From positions 5,905,643 through 5,937,789 of the forward strand of contig NC_069007.1 of the NCBI RefSeq assembly GCF_001194135.2: a DNA stretch of 32,147 nucleotides, read 5' to 3'. Of the stretch, positions 21,985-32,147 are shown one piece after another. A program made the translations under genes and the position numbers. Under the pieces are notes generated by a model. The model saw only the letters and a program-made list of their open reading frames with translations, was not told the DNA's origin and searched no databases. This DNA is from Octopus bimaculoides. Its lineage: Eukaryota. Within the stretch, counting starts at the first letter, position 1. Every line of letters begins with the position of its first letter.

Positions 21985-22500
21985 TTTCTTTTGAAATAAT
22001 TTTGATTAGGATTTTCTGAGAATTCCTTCCATGCCATCTCCAACATATGCAAAGCATCAAAAACAGAAATTATATTTGCATCAAATCAACTTTGAATATC
22101 ACTGAGTTTAGTTAAAATTCTTGCACAAATTCCTCTTTGATAATTTCATGCATTTAAAATTTGATGATACATTGGTCACATGGTTGAATAAACGATATCA
22201 TGTTTGAAGACAAGAAAATTACTTTGATGTTCATTAACAAAAAATTATTTCTGTGTATCACAGAATTGTTAATTAACAAGATAATTTTTAGGCATTAATT
22301 CCAAACCCCACTTCAGTAACCATTCTTTAAAACTCTCAGCTGTGGTCATCCATTTATATAGATTAGCATTAGAACTGTAAGGAAGAAGTAAGCTTTGGTT
22401 ACCTTTTAAAAAAAATCAGAGATTTAAATTTTTTCTGATCACTACTAAAAGCTCTCATTTCTGTCTCTTCCTACCAGTGCAACAAAAGATGGACCATCAA
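21985..22500 (-). pseudogene. pogo/Tigger-type (DDE_1) transposase remnant
   Basis: Minus strand gives KWMT, FKEWLL, KIILLINNSVIH, NIKVIFLSSNMISFIQPCDQCII and ISVFDALHMLEMAWKEFS..QNYFK, matching WMT / LLxDNxxxH / FLPPNxTSxxQPxDQGII / AWxxVS..IxNCF. Confidence 0.75.
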
Positions 22501-22544
22501 TCATCTCTTTGAAAGATATAAATGCTTTCATATTTCTGGGTTTC

Positions 22545-22960
22545 TATTAATTTTTGTTGCCCATTTATTCCTGGGAGGGTCATAAGAGTAGAGTTTTGAG
22601 GCATCTCCTCCACACAGATTACTTTCAGAAGCAGCCGTCATTACACTTTCCTGTTGGATTTCCAAGCATGACTGACTGAGACAATGGATGTTATCCAACT
22701 ATCTCATTCTTGGTCTACCCCCTAGGTCATCTGCTAGCTGGCTTGGCATGAAGAACCTGTAATATAGTTCTTTTCTTTGACATTCTAATGACATGTTCAT
22801 CATTCTGGAGCTGTGACATCTCAATGCAGAGAAATAATAGTTTGACTTGGAGTCACTGATTTTTGAGCTTTGCCGCCTGTCAAGTAACATTACTCCAGAG
22901 ATCTCTTTGAGGAACCCATTTCAGCTGGTGGCATTCACAATTGTACTCTCTTAGTCTAAT
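22545..22960 (-). mobile_element. RTE-clade LINE 3' end, decayed
   Basis: Minus strand across frameshifts gives AEMG..ISGVMLLDRRQSSKI..LFLCIEMSQL..HVIRM..GRPRMR*LDNI..PSQE*. GRPRxRWxD is the typical RTE C-terminal motif. Confidence 0.75.
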
Positions 22961-23067
22961 GAGGGCTGTTTCTGATAGGACCCTATGGAAGAGGTGTCCT
23001 GAAATTCTACCCCTACAACTCTCTGAGGAAGGGTGGGTGGAGAAAATAGATGGATAAACATATTTAT

Positions 23068-23380
23068 TGTTGTTGGCACTCCGTCACTTATGGCGTCGAG
23101 GGTTCCAGTTGATCCGATGAACAGAACAGCCTGCTCGTGAAATTAACGTGCAAGTGGCTGAGCACTCCACAGACTCGTGTACCCTTAACGTAGTTTTCGG
23201 GGAGATTCAGCGTGACACAGTGTGACAAGGCTGACCCTTTGAATTACAGGCACAACAGAAACAGGAAGTATGAGTGAGAGAAAGTTGTGGTGAAAGAGTA
23301 CAGCAGGGTTTGCCACCATCCCCCTGCCAGAGCCTCATGGAGCTTTAGGTGTTTTCGCTCAATAAACACTCACAACGCCC
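23068..23380 (-). mobile_element. SINE family A, cut by gap
   Basis: Aligns nearly base for base with 28833-29140. Confidence 0.92.
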
Positions 23381-23559
23381 NNNNNNNNNNNNNNNNNNNN
23401 NNNNNNNNNNNNNNNNNNNNNNNNNNNNNNNNNNNNNNNNNNNNNNNNNNNNNNNNNNNNNNNNNNNNNNNNNNNNNNNNNNNNNNNNNNNNNNNNNNNN
23501 NNNNNNNNNNNNNNNNNNNNNNNNNNNNNATATATATATATATATACAGACATATTAAT

Positions 23560-23890
23560 AGCAATAAAGAAAATAATGAACAAGTAAGTAGTTATATCCA
23601 GTGGACAATATGCCAACATTACAACATAAAAACTGACAATAAATGGTATAAACATGTGCCAAACAAGGTACTAGACAATTAGCAGGCCACAATCATTTGG
23701 GACATGCCTGTTCAAAGTGACAATGAATAAAGGTTGATCACACAGACATAATAATCAAGGATTGGAAAAACCTCACCTGCTTTCTGATAGACATTGCAGT
23801 CCCTTTTGACCAAAATATTGTCCAAAGAAGTGGAGAAATTGTCAAAGTACAAAGACCTTGAAATTGAAGTATTGAAGATGTGGTGTGGCC
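23560..23890 (+). pseudogene. Older R4/Dong-type LINE fragment (pre-RLE region and RLE)
   Basis: EQVSSYIQWTICQHYNIK..KWYKHVPNKVLDN*QATIIWDMPVQSD / IKVDHTDIIIKDWK..CFLIDIAVP / KEVEKLSKYKDLEIEVLKMW, with two frameshifts; homologous to the 9391-9737 peptide. Confidence 0.82.
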
Positions 23891-23920
23891 CCATAACAAA
23901 ACAAGCTGATGCACTATGAT

Positions 23921-24241
23921 TTAGTTAGTTGGCACTCCGTCGCTTATGACGTCGAGGGTTCCAGTTGATCCGATCAACGGAACAGCCTGCTCGTGAAATT
24001 AACGTGCAAGTGGCTGAGCACTCTACAGACACGTGTACCCTTAACATAGTTCTCGGGGATATTCAGCGTGACACAGTGTGACAAGGCTGACCCTTTGAAT
24101 TACAGGCACAACAGAAACAGGAAGGAAGAGTGAGAGAAAGTTGTGGTGAAGAAGTACACCATCCCCTGCCGGAGCCTTGTGGAGCTTTTAGGTGTTTTCG
24201 CTCAATAAACACTCACAACGCCCGGTCTGGGAATCGAAACC
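23921..24241 (-). mobile_element. 5'-truncated SINE family A with 13-bp target-site duplication
   Basis: GATGCACTATGAT at 23908-23920 and 24242-24254; truncated just 5' of the B box. Confidence 0.92.
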
Positions 24242-24377
24242 GATGCACTATGATACTGGGAGGAGATTGTACACACCCCAGCAACACGGAGGTGCAGCAG
24301 ATGATGCGGTAAAATTTGCTTGAAACTACCAAATGTTGAATAATAATGACGACAACAATGATGGCCACAACAATAAT

Positions 24378-24593
24378 GATCCTTTCTACTATAAGCACAA
24401 AGCCTGGAATTCGGGGGAGGGGGATAGTCGATTACATCGACCCCAGTACTCAACTGGTACTCCATTTATTGACCTCAAAAGGACAAAAGGCATAGTCAAC
24501 CTCAGTGAAATTTGAACACAGAACGTAGCAACAAGTGAAATACTGCTAAGCGTTTCATCCGGCGTGTTAACAATTTTGCCAGTTCGCTACCTT
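24378..24593 (-). mobile_element. SINE family D
   Basis: Full-length-looking copy between AAT/AAC tracts. Confidence 0.88.
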
Positions 24594-24775
24594 CAACAAC
24601 AACAACAATAACAACAATAATAATAATAACAATCAATCTGTAATTGTTGTTCAATTGAACAATGTGGATAATTGTAAGCCATAATCCCAGCAGCTGATAA
24701 GGTGACTAGGATTTAGGGATTATTATTATCGTTCTTCTTCTTCTTCTTCCAATTATTATTATTACTACTACTATT

Positions 24776-24990
24776 AAGGTGGCGAACAGGCAGAATCATT
24801 AGCATGCTGGGTGAAATGCTTAGTGATATTTCATCCGTCTTTATGTTCTGAGTTCAAATTCAGCTGAGGTCGACTCTACCTTTCATCTTTTCGGAGTTGA
24901 TAAAATAAGTATCAGTTGAGTACTGGGTCGATGTAATCAACTTACTCACTTCCTTGAAATTGCTGGCCTTGTGCCAAAATTTGACACCAC
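24776..24990 (+). mobile_element. SINE family D (sense orientation)
   Basis: AAGGTGGCGAACAGGCAGAATCATTAGC..GAGTTCAAATTC..CTGGGTCGATGTAATC.., flanked by (ATT)n on both sides. Confidence 0.88.
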
Positions 24991-25042
<52 letters not shown>

Positions 25043-25510
25043 TTCACCTTAGCAAACGATTAACCAGAGATGCTTTTTAAAATGAGAATATCGACTGCTC
25101 TCACAAATGAGAATACTAAAAATGAACCCAACTGCTCTCAAAAATCAAGTAAAAAAACTGGAAAAATAATCCAGAACCCTTGCAGAAGGGTAGCAAGCTA
25201 TGCCACTGCTGCACAAGATTTTGGTATGATGTTCCATTCTGGACAGGTCAAAAGAAAAGGGCCAGAATTATTATTATTATTATCATCATCATTATTATTA
25301 GTTTTATCATTATCATTATTAATACTCTTATTATTACTATCATTATTATTATTATTATTATCATCATCCTCATGACAACCACAATGATTAATTTATAACT
25401 GGGGGCTTAATTATCTGTAAATTTCCAAATCTATTTTACCATATGAAGCAATGATGTGTAGGTGTTTGATTAGGGTCTTTAGACAAATCGCTTGAATCTT
25501 CTACATCCCA

Positions 25511-25726
25511 TCTTTTACAAGTTTCAGTTATTATACTGCGGCCATGCTGGGGCACCATGCCAAAGTAGTTTTTAGATAAATGAATCAGCCTCAGAACTTA
25601 ATTTCATTTTTTAAAGCCCGGTACTTAATCTATCGGTTTCTTCTGCTGAACCATAAAGTTGTGGGGATGTAAACGAACCAACACCACTTGTTAGCAGCAG
25701 TGGAGGACAAAGACAATCACAAAGAA

Positions 25727-25758
<32 letters not shown>

Positions 25759-25912
25759 GACAAGCTTTTTTTCATTTTCTGTTTACCAAATCCACTCACA
25801 AGGTTTTGGTTGGCCCAAGGCTATAGTAGAAGACATTTGCCCAAGGTGCCATGCAATGGGACTGAACCCAGAATCTTGTGGTTAGGAAACAAGCTTCTTA
25901 CCACACAGCCAT
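25511..25912 (-). mobile_element. SINE family C with internal microsatellite
   Basis: Reverse complement of the family C head and body, with (CA)n(TA)n at ~25725-25757. Confidence 0.82.
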
Positions 25913-26398
25913 GAAGATAAGATAATGAATCATCAAGAAAATGAATAAACCTTACTTATCTTGATGAAGCAAATTTGAAGTTTAGTTACAGGACTTAATC
26001 TTTTGTAATCTTTATAGTGCAGCTGGTGGATAATCTGTGTAAATAATAGGTGTTAAGTTGAGAGATATATTAAGTGTATATAATGAAGCATGCCAAAGGA
26101 GATATGAACAATACCCTTTCAATAAATAGTCTTTTTTGTTATTGCGTGTAGTAAAAATTGTGACATCATATAGGAGAGAAACGTCTAGATTTGTCATTCA
26201 AAAACGAGAAAATGCCAGATTATGAAGATAATAGTAATTTTTGGCACAAGGTCAGTAGTTTTAGAGGGGAGGGTTTACATGAAAGGCAAAGTTGACCTTT
26301 GTAAAATTTGCAGTCAGCATATAAACAGCCTGAAGAAATGCCACTAAGAATTTTGTTTGACATGTTAATGAGTCCTTATGATAATAATAATAATAATG

Positions 26399-26444
<46 letters not shown>

Positions 26445-26448
26445 TAAT

Positions 26449-26664
26449 AATCCTTTCTACTATAGGTACAAAACCTGAAATTTCTGGGGAGGGAACCAGT
26501 TGATTACATCAACTCCTGTGATTCACTGCTACTTAATTTATCGATCCCAAAAAGATGAAAGGCAAAGTCAACCTTGGCGGAATTTGAACTCAGAACGTAA
26601 AGACAGACGAAATACCGCTTACCACTTTGCCCAGCATGCTAATGATTCTGCCAGCTCACCACCA
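26449..26664 (-). mobile_element. SINE family D between (AAT)n tracts
   Basis: Family D blocks present; an older partial copy lies at ~26234-26378. Confidence 0.88.
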
Positions 26665-26808
26665 TCAATAATAATAATAATGATTTCTTTTATAAAGAAT
26701 TAATGTCCTTGAATTAATGCCTTTGAGCCAAAATTTGGAATCATTATTATTATTTGTGATTATGAGACTTACATGCAGCCTACTGTGCTACTGAGGCCTT
26801 CATATTTT

Positions 26809-27387
26809 GTAGAAAGGATTATTATTATTATTATTATTATTAATATTATTATTATTATCATTATTAATATTATTATTATTATTAATATTATTATTATTAT
26901 TAATATTATTATTATTATTATTATCATTATTTTTATTATTATTATTATTAATATTATTATTATTATTAATATTATTATTATTATTATTATTAATATTATT
27001 ATTATTATCATTATTAATATTATTATTATTATTAATATTATTATTATTATTATTATCATTATTTTTATTATTATTATTATTATTATCATTAANNNNNNNN
27101 NNNGTAGAAAGGATTATTATTATTATTATTATTATTAATATTATTATTATTATCATTATTAATATTATTATTATTATTAATATTATTATTATTATTAATA
27201 TTATTATTATTATTATTATCATTATTTTTATTATTATTATTATTAATATTATTATTATTATTAATATTATTATTATTATTATTATTAATATTATTATTAT
27301 TATCATTATTAATATTATTATTATTATTAATATTATTATTATTATTATTATCATTATTTTTATTATTATTATTATTATTATCATTAA
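26809..27387. repeat. Interrupted (ATT)n tract present twice (284 bp at 26809-27092 and 27104-27387) around an 11-N gap
   Basis: Both copies start GTAGAAAGGATT, end ATCATTAA and have equal length; probably an assembly overlap. Confidence 0.85.
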
Positions 27388-27453
27388 GGCAGCAAGCTGG
27401 CAGAACCGTTAGCTTGTTAGGTGACATGCTCAGCAGCATTTCATCCTTCTTTG
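27386..27453 (+). mobile_element. SINE family D head only
   Basis: AAGGCAGCAAGCTGGCAGAACCGTTAGC..CAGCATTTCATC after (ATT)n. Confidence 0.7.
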
Positions 27454-28140
27454 AGCAGCATCTGTGATGAGCAGTAAATGGAATGAGAAGCTGAAATAAT
27501 GTGCAGCTGCTGTGATGAGCAGGAAATGTAATAAGCAGCAACTATCATGAGATAGAAGTGTAATGAACACAAACTGTAATGAGCAGGAAATGTAATGATC
27601 TCAAGCTGTAGTGAGCAGCTGATGTACTGAGCATCGACTGTAATGAGTATCAGCTGTAATGCATATCAGTGATCATGTGCAGCAGCTGTGATGAGCAGGA
27701 ACCATAATGAACACAGACTGAATGAGCAGCAACTGTGATGAGCTGGAATTTTAATGAGCTGTGACTGTGATGAGTAGGAAATGTAATGAGCAGCATCAGC
27801 AGTGAGTAACAGTTGTTATGAGCAGGAAATGAAATGAGCAGAAGTTGTAATGAACAGCATCTGTGATGAGCAGAAAATGTAATGAGCAGCTGAAGTAGTG
27901 TGAGGTGCTGTGGTGAGCAGGAGACGTAACGAGCAACATCTGTGATGAGCAGGAAAATTAATGAGCACAAGCTGTAACGAACAGTTGATGTAATGAACAA
28001 CAATCTGTGATGAGCAGGAAATATAATGAGCAGGTGCTGTAATGAGCAACATCTGTGATGAGCAAGAAATGTAATGAGCTCAATGTAATGATGTAATGAG
28101 TATCAGTTGTAATGTACATCAGTGATCATGTGATTGAGCA
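27452..28140. repeat. Diverged minisatellite, ~16-17-bp unit TGT(A/G)ATGAGCAG(GAAA/CATC)
   Basis: Roughly 40 variant units; a ~40-bp block recurs at 27639 and 28092. Confidence 0.9.
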
Positions 28141-28283
28141 GAGTAGCAAATTTTGTTATACATCGCTGGTCACAATGCCCTTTACATTGTTTTAGGTTTT
28201 TGAATGATGTCAACTTGCTGACTAGGCAAGCTGATCAACCTTCTCCTAGATGAGAAGGCAAGTCCACTGCTGGGTTACCCATT

Positions 28284-28394
28284 TACAGTGAATTGAATGC
28301 TTTGTTCAAGAACACAATGCACTGCTTAGTCTGAAAACTGAACCCACAATCTGGTGATTGTGAGTGCAACATCCTACCCACTAGGCCACATGCC
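28284..28394 (-). mobile_element. Decayed tRNA-derived SINE head of another family
   Basis: Minus strand GGCATGTGGCCTAGTGGGTAGG..GGGTTCAGTTT..TGTTCTTGAACAAAGCA. Confidence 0.55.
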
Positions 28395-28782
28395 TTCAAA
28401 TTTGTCTCTCTGTGTGTGTGTGTGTGTGAGTATATGCATATGTAAAAATAAAAGGCACAAAAGTAATGGATATTTATACATTTTATTCCATCCAGCTTCC
28501 ACGTGTTTCCATTAAGATTGGAGGCTACATTGTTCCCTAATGGAATAACCACATTTCTTAACTGATCCATTAATCGATTGTTTGAATAGAATAGAGAACA
28601 GACTTACTCCATTTACCTCGTTCAGAGCTAAATTACACTGCTTTCCTAAGAAAAAATTTGACCAAAAAAGTACCAATCAGTTACTGGGAGGGGGTGAGGT
28701 TGATGTAATAATGTAACCCACTTCCCTGAGACCTGCTGGTCTTGTGCTAAAATCAGGAACAAATATAATTATTATTGAGTGA

Positions 28783-29415
28783 GAGAGAGAGAGAGAGCAA
28801 TGCATGCCATCAAAGTGACATTGGGGTGTGTGTGTTGGCACTCCGTCGCTTACGACGTCGAGGGTTCCAGTTGATCTGATCAACGGAAGAGCCTGCTCGT
28901 GAAATTAACGTTCAAGTGGCTGAGCACTCCACAGACACGTGTACCCTTAACGTAGTTCTCGGGGATATTCAGTGTGACACAGTGTGACAAGGCTGGCCCT
29001 TTGAATTACAGGTACAACAGAAACAGGAAGTAAGAGTGAGAGAAAGTTGTGGTGGAAGAGTATAGCAGGGTTCGCCACCATCCCCTGCCGGAGCTTCGTG
29101 GAGCTTTAGGTGTTTTCGCTCAATAAACACTCACAACGCCCGATCTGGGAATCGAAACCGCGATCCTATGACCTTGAGTCCTCTGCCCTAACCACTGGGC
29201 CATTGCGCCTCCACGACACTGGGGTACAAATGTATGAAGCCCAATACACCCATCAGGACTACCTGTCTGATAAGGGTATACCACATACATGCATTACAAC
29301 CATATGTGCACAATGTGGAGACCTCGTATCAAGATAAACGGTGCATGACCTTGCAGATGGGGTCCTGTAAGATTTTTCTTCAGCTTGGGTAACCCATCCC
29401 ACTCAAAAGGTCACC
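28783..29415 (-). mobile_element. Probable older interspersed repeat with (AG)n end, interrupted by SINE A
   Basis: Flanks of the SINE A copy join through the duplicated GACA(T/C)TGGGGT; the sequence resembles an octopus retroposon 3' end from recall only. Confidence 0.4.
28833..29212 (-). mobile_element. Full-length tRNA-derived SINE family A (~380 bp)
   Basis: Sense start GGAGGCGCAATGGCCCAGTGG (A box) and GGTTTCGATTCC (B box); short (AC)n tail; imperfect 11-bp TSD at 28817-28827 / 29215-29225. Confidence 0.93.
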
Positions 29416-29794
29416 TTTTAAAACATCAAAGATAGAAGACAAAGCATAGGCCCAATATCACAAGTTTGGGAAAAGGAGAAGAACAGTCACTTATATAGAA
29501 CCCAGTATCTAACTGGTACTTTATTTTCTCAATTCCAGAAGCATGAAAGACAAAAGCAACTCCAGTGAGATTTGAACCAAGAATTTTAAATTATGGAACT
29601 AGGAACTGATTGGCATTTTGCCCATCGATTTATTGGTTTTTCGCAAGGCAATATTACTCCTCTAAAATATGAAATTATTCGATGGGTAACAGTTAGGGGA
29701 CATTAAAAGGATGAGAAAATAAACAGCAACAATGGTTTCGTTTTATATTAGGTTCTCACATGGCTTTGCTATTTCCTTATAATAATCAAAAGAA

Positions 29795-29992
29795 AAATGA
29801 GGAGGAGGAGGTGGTGGTGGAGGAGGAGGAGAAGAAGAAGAAGAAAAAAAACTGCTTAAAGGAAGACATAGAAAAGAATATATATACACAAGACATACAT
29901 GTATATACTTATATATACACAGATATTTGTTTGTGTATATACACCTATACATACTTGCTTGTGTGTGTCTATGCACCTATGTCTATATACCT

Positions 29993-30055
<63 letters not shown>

Positions 30056-30350
30056 GATATATGTACACACACACTCATATATGTATGTATGTATGTACAA
30101 ATAAGTAATACAAAGTGAAATAAACAAGGAAAAATAAAATATTACCAAAAATATTTTTAAAATCTTGAGTGAAATAATAATAATAATAATAACAATAATA
30201 ATAATAATGATAATTATGATGATAATGATGGTAATAATCACAAGAAGACAAAAGTAACAATGACGACAGTTATAACAGCACTACCACCACCACCACTAAC
30301 AACAACAATAATGATAATAATGATATGGATGATGATGATGATGATGATGA
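29795..30350. repeat. Compound (GAG)/(AAG), (TA)n, (AAT)n and (GAT)n tracts
   Basis: Directly visible. Confidence 0.9.
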
Positions 30351-31008
30351 AAATTTTGGAAATCATAGAATCTGAAAAGCGATTGAAGGCAAAAATATAT
30401 TTCCAGCCTGAGCGACAATACATCAACAAGGAAAGCAAATGCGACTTTAAACATAATGAAGTGTTTGAAAGAAACCCTTGAGCTTTCTAGAGCTTCCCCG
30501 GCGAAGATGAAATAAGTCAGACGAAGAGATAAAGGTACGTATAAAAATATATATATAAAAAAGGAAAAAAAAAAGAAAGAAAAATGGATGAATATGTGGT
30601 GCAGAGCATGGACGTTGGTGGTGGTGATCATGGTGAGGAAGGAAGTGACTGTAGATATTTGGGTAAGGAAATAGAGAGATGAGAATAGCAAAGGAAGTTG
30701 CTGTTACAATGAATGAATAAGAATAGATGAATAAAATAAAAATAATCAAATAGAATGAAATGAAAAAAAAATTAACTTATGAATAACAGTAAAAAAAAAA
30801 AAAATAGCAAAAAGTTAGCAATTTGTAAGTTTGGGGAATTAATGGGAAAACCAATGGTGGTTCTCGTTTAGATATTTGTTAAATACACAAGGAAAATTTA
30901 CTAAGTACCCCTACTTTACTGTTGTAAGGAATTAATGAGGGGGCCTCTATGTAGCAGCTTGACTTGCTGGAAATAGCAGCCTAAAAGGGCCTCTGAATAA
31001 ATAAAAGT

Positions 31009-31170
31009 ATCTTGTACTTGTTTCAGTCATTTCACTGCAGTCATGCTGGAGCACCACCTTGAATATTTTAGTCAATCCCCACCCCAGGACTTGTTTTTTA
31101 AGCCTGGTACTTATTCTATCAGTCCTTTTTTTGCCGAACCGCTAAGCTATGGGGATGTAATACTGGTTGT
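31009..31170 (-). mobile_element. SINE family C 3' body fragment
   Basis: CTTGTTTCAGTCATTT..CATGCTGGAGCACC..CCCCAGGAC..GTACTTATTCTATC..GGGGATGTAA. Confidence 0.8.
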
Positions 31171-31825
31171 TTACTAATACCGGTTGTTTGCTCCTTCCAC
31201 AGGTACCCTCAACAGTTAGAGCTTATCACTTCTTTACACAGCTGTCCACATCCATATGCATCACATGACCAAACCAGCACAGTCCTCTCTCTTGCAAACC
31301 ACAACTGATGCCTCTAATACCTAATTTTTCTTTTAAATCATTTATACTCTGTCGTAAGTGTACACTGACATTACCCATCAAGTGGAGCATCCTAGCTTCA
31401 TTTCATTCAAGCCTTCACAAATCCTCTGTAGTCCAACCCCGTGTTTCACTGCTCGGTAGCATAGCTGTACGTAGACAGGCATCATGCAATCTGTCTTTCA
31501 CTCTATATATATAGGAAAATGAAAAATAATAAGGTAGAATGCTAAACTGAAAGCATATATTGATATAGATTTCTAACCAGCTTTCATTGCATGGCAAATT
31601 TTCAAGAAGAGGGAGAATGAAAATGTTTTTTACAAAAAAGTAAAAAATAATATATAAAAAAATAATACACGAAAAAATAAATACACCAATACATTATATT
31701 GTCTTTGAACTTTTAAAGTTCAATGGTAATCCATGTAGATAATAGTTGGAAAAATAAGGATGCATGAAATTGACAGTTGTGTTAGGTTTAAAAAAAGAAA
31801 AGGAGCTAAAGGTTTGTGTGTTACG

Positions 31826-31876
31826 CAGGAAGTGTGGTGTCAAAACAGGAAGTGTGGTGTCAAAACAGGAAGTGTG
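31826..31876. repeat. 20-bp direct tandem repeat, 2.5 copies (CAGGAAGTGTGGTGTCAAAA)
   Basis: Units start at 31826, 31846 and 31866. Confidence 0.9.
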
Positions 31877-32040
31877 TGTAAGGGGAGACAAATCTGAGGG
31901 TTTTATACTCTTTAGTTGGAGTTATGGACTTTTTGTCAACAGGAAGTTTATGTCTGTTCTTAGAGAAATATGGTCACTGAGGGGTTTGTGTGTTAAGAAC
32001 TGGTTGGAATTTCTCTTTTCATAGTGGTTGGAATTTCAAA

Positions 32041-32099
32041 GAGAGAGAGAGAGAGAGAGAGATCTTTCTATATATGCTTGAAAATATATTCATAGTCAC

Positions 32100-32147
<48 letters not shown>
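32041..32147. repeat. (GA)n and (CT)n(TA)n microsatellites
   Basis: Directly visible. Confidence 0.95.

Noticed and set aside
25070-25265. Unique-looking ORF segment between (ATT)n tracts
   Set aside because: No recognisable motif on either strand; could be a LINE scrap but I cannot support a call.
26809-27387. Exact-length 284-bp tandem duplication
   Set aside because: The two copies flank an 11-N gap and have equal length, typical of an unmerged contig overlap; needs long reads before being treated as biology.
27452-28140. Repeated GTGATGA (box C consensus) and scattered CTGA (box D) suggesting a snoRNA array; also CRISPR-like periodicity
   Set aside because: Units are only 16-17 bp, with no terminal stems, no consistent C-D spacing and no unique spacers; a eukaryotic minisatellite explains it.
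28833-29212. tRNA gene
   Set aside because: A/B boxes are present but there is no cloverleaf; the head continues into a 380-bp dispersed repeat with a TSD, so it is a SINE.
29620-29690. 8-bp inverted repeat CCCATCGA/TCGATGGG as a tiny MITE
   Set aside because: Too short, with no second copy or TSD in the window.

Overview
AT-rich, repeat-saturated eukaryotic non-coding DNA from a gapped draft assembly (N-gaps at 1851-2149, 18079-18088, 18800-18972, 23381-23529 and 27093-27103). The microsatellite density and SINE families resemble a coleoid cephalopod, most likely Octopus; this is pattern recognition, not a database result. I find no supportable host-gene exon, intact protein gene, tRNA/rRNA or CRISPR, and most ORF-track entries are read-through of simple repeats. 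Decayed transposons: two mariners, one hAT-like (hATm-type) transposase, one pogo/Tigger remnant, two Penelope-like (PLE) remnants, two R4/Dong-type LINE fragments and one RTE LINE 3' end. There are also many copies of at least four SINE-like families, labelled A-D here. The best unexpected signals are (i) a fully canonical minimal type I hammerhead ribozyme at 6379-6434, (ii) a second, near-canonical hammerhead locked inside a 64-bp-arm palindrome at 2151-2286, (iii) an (AAT)n microsatellite 'landing-pad' cluster where a near-intact Dong/R4 endonuclease fragment and six same-orientation SINE D copies pile up with opposite polarity, and (iv) a ~1 kb element with ~106-bp terminal inverted repeats. 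Family labels and coordinates of degenerate copies were read by eye and are approximate.
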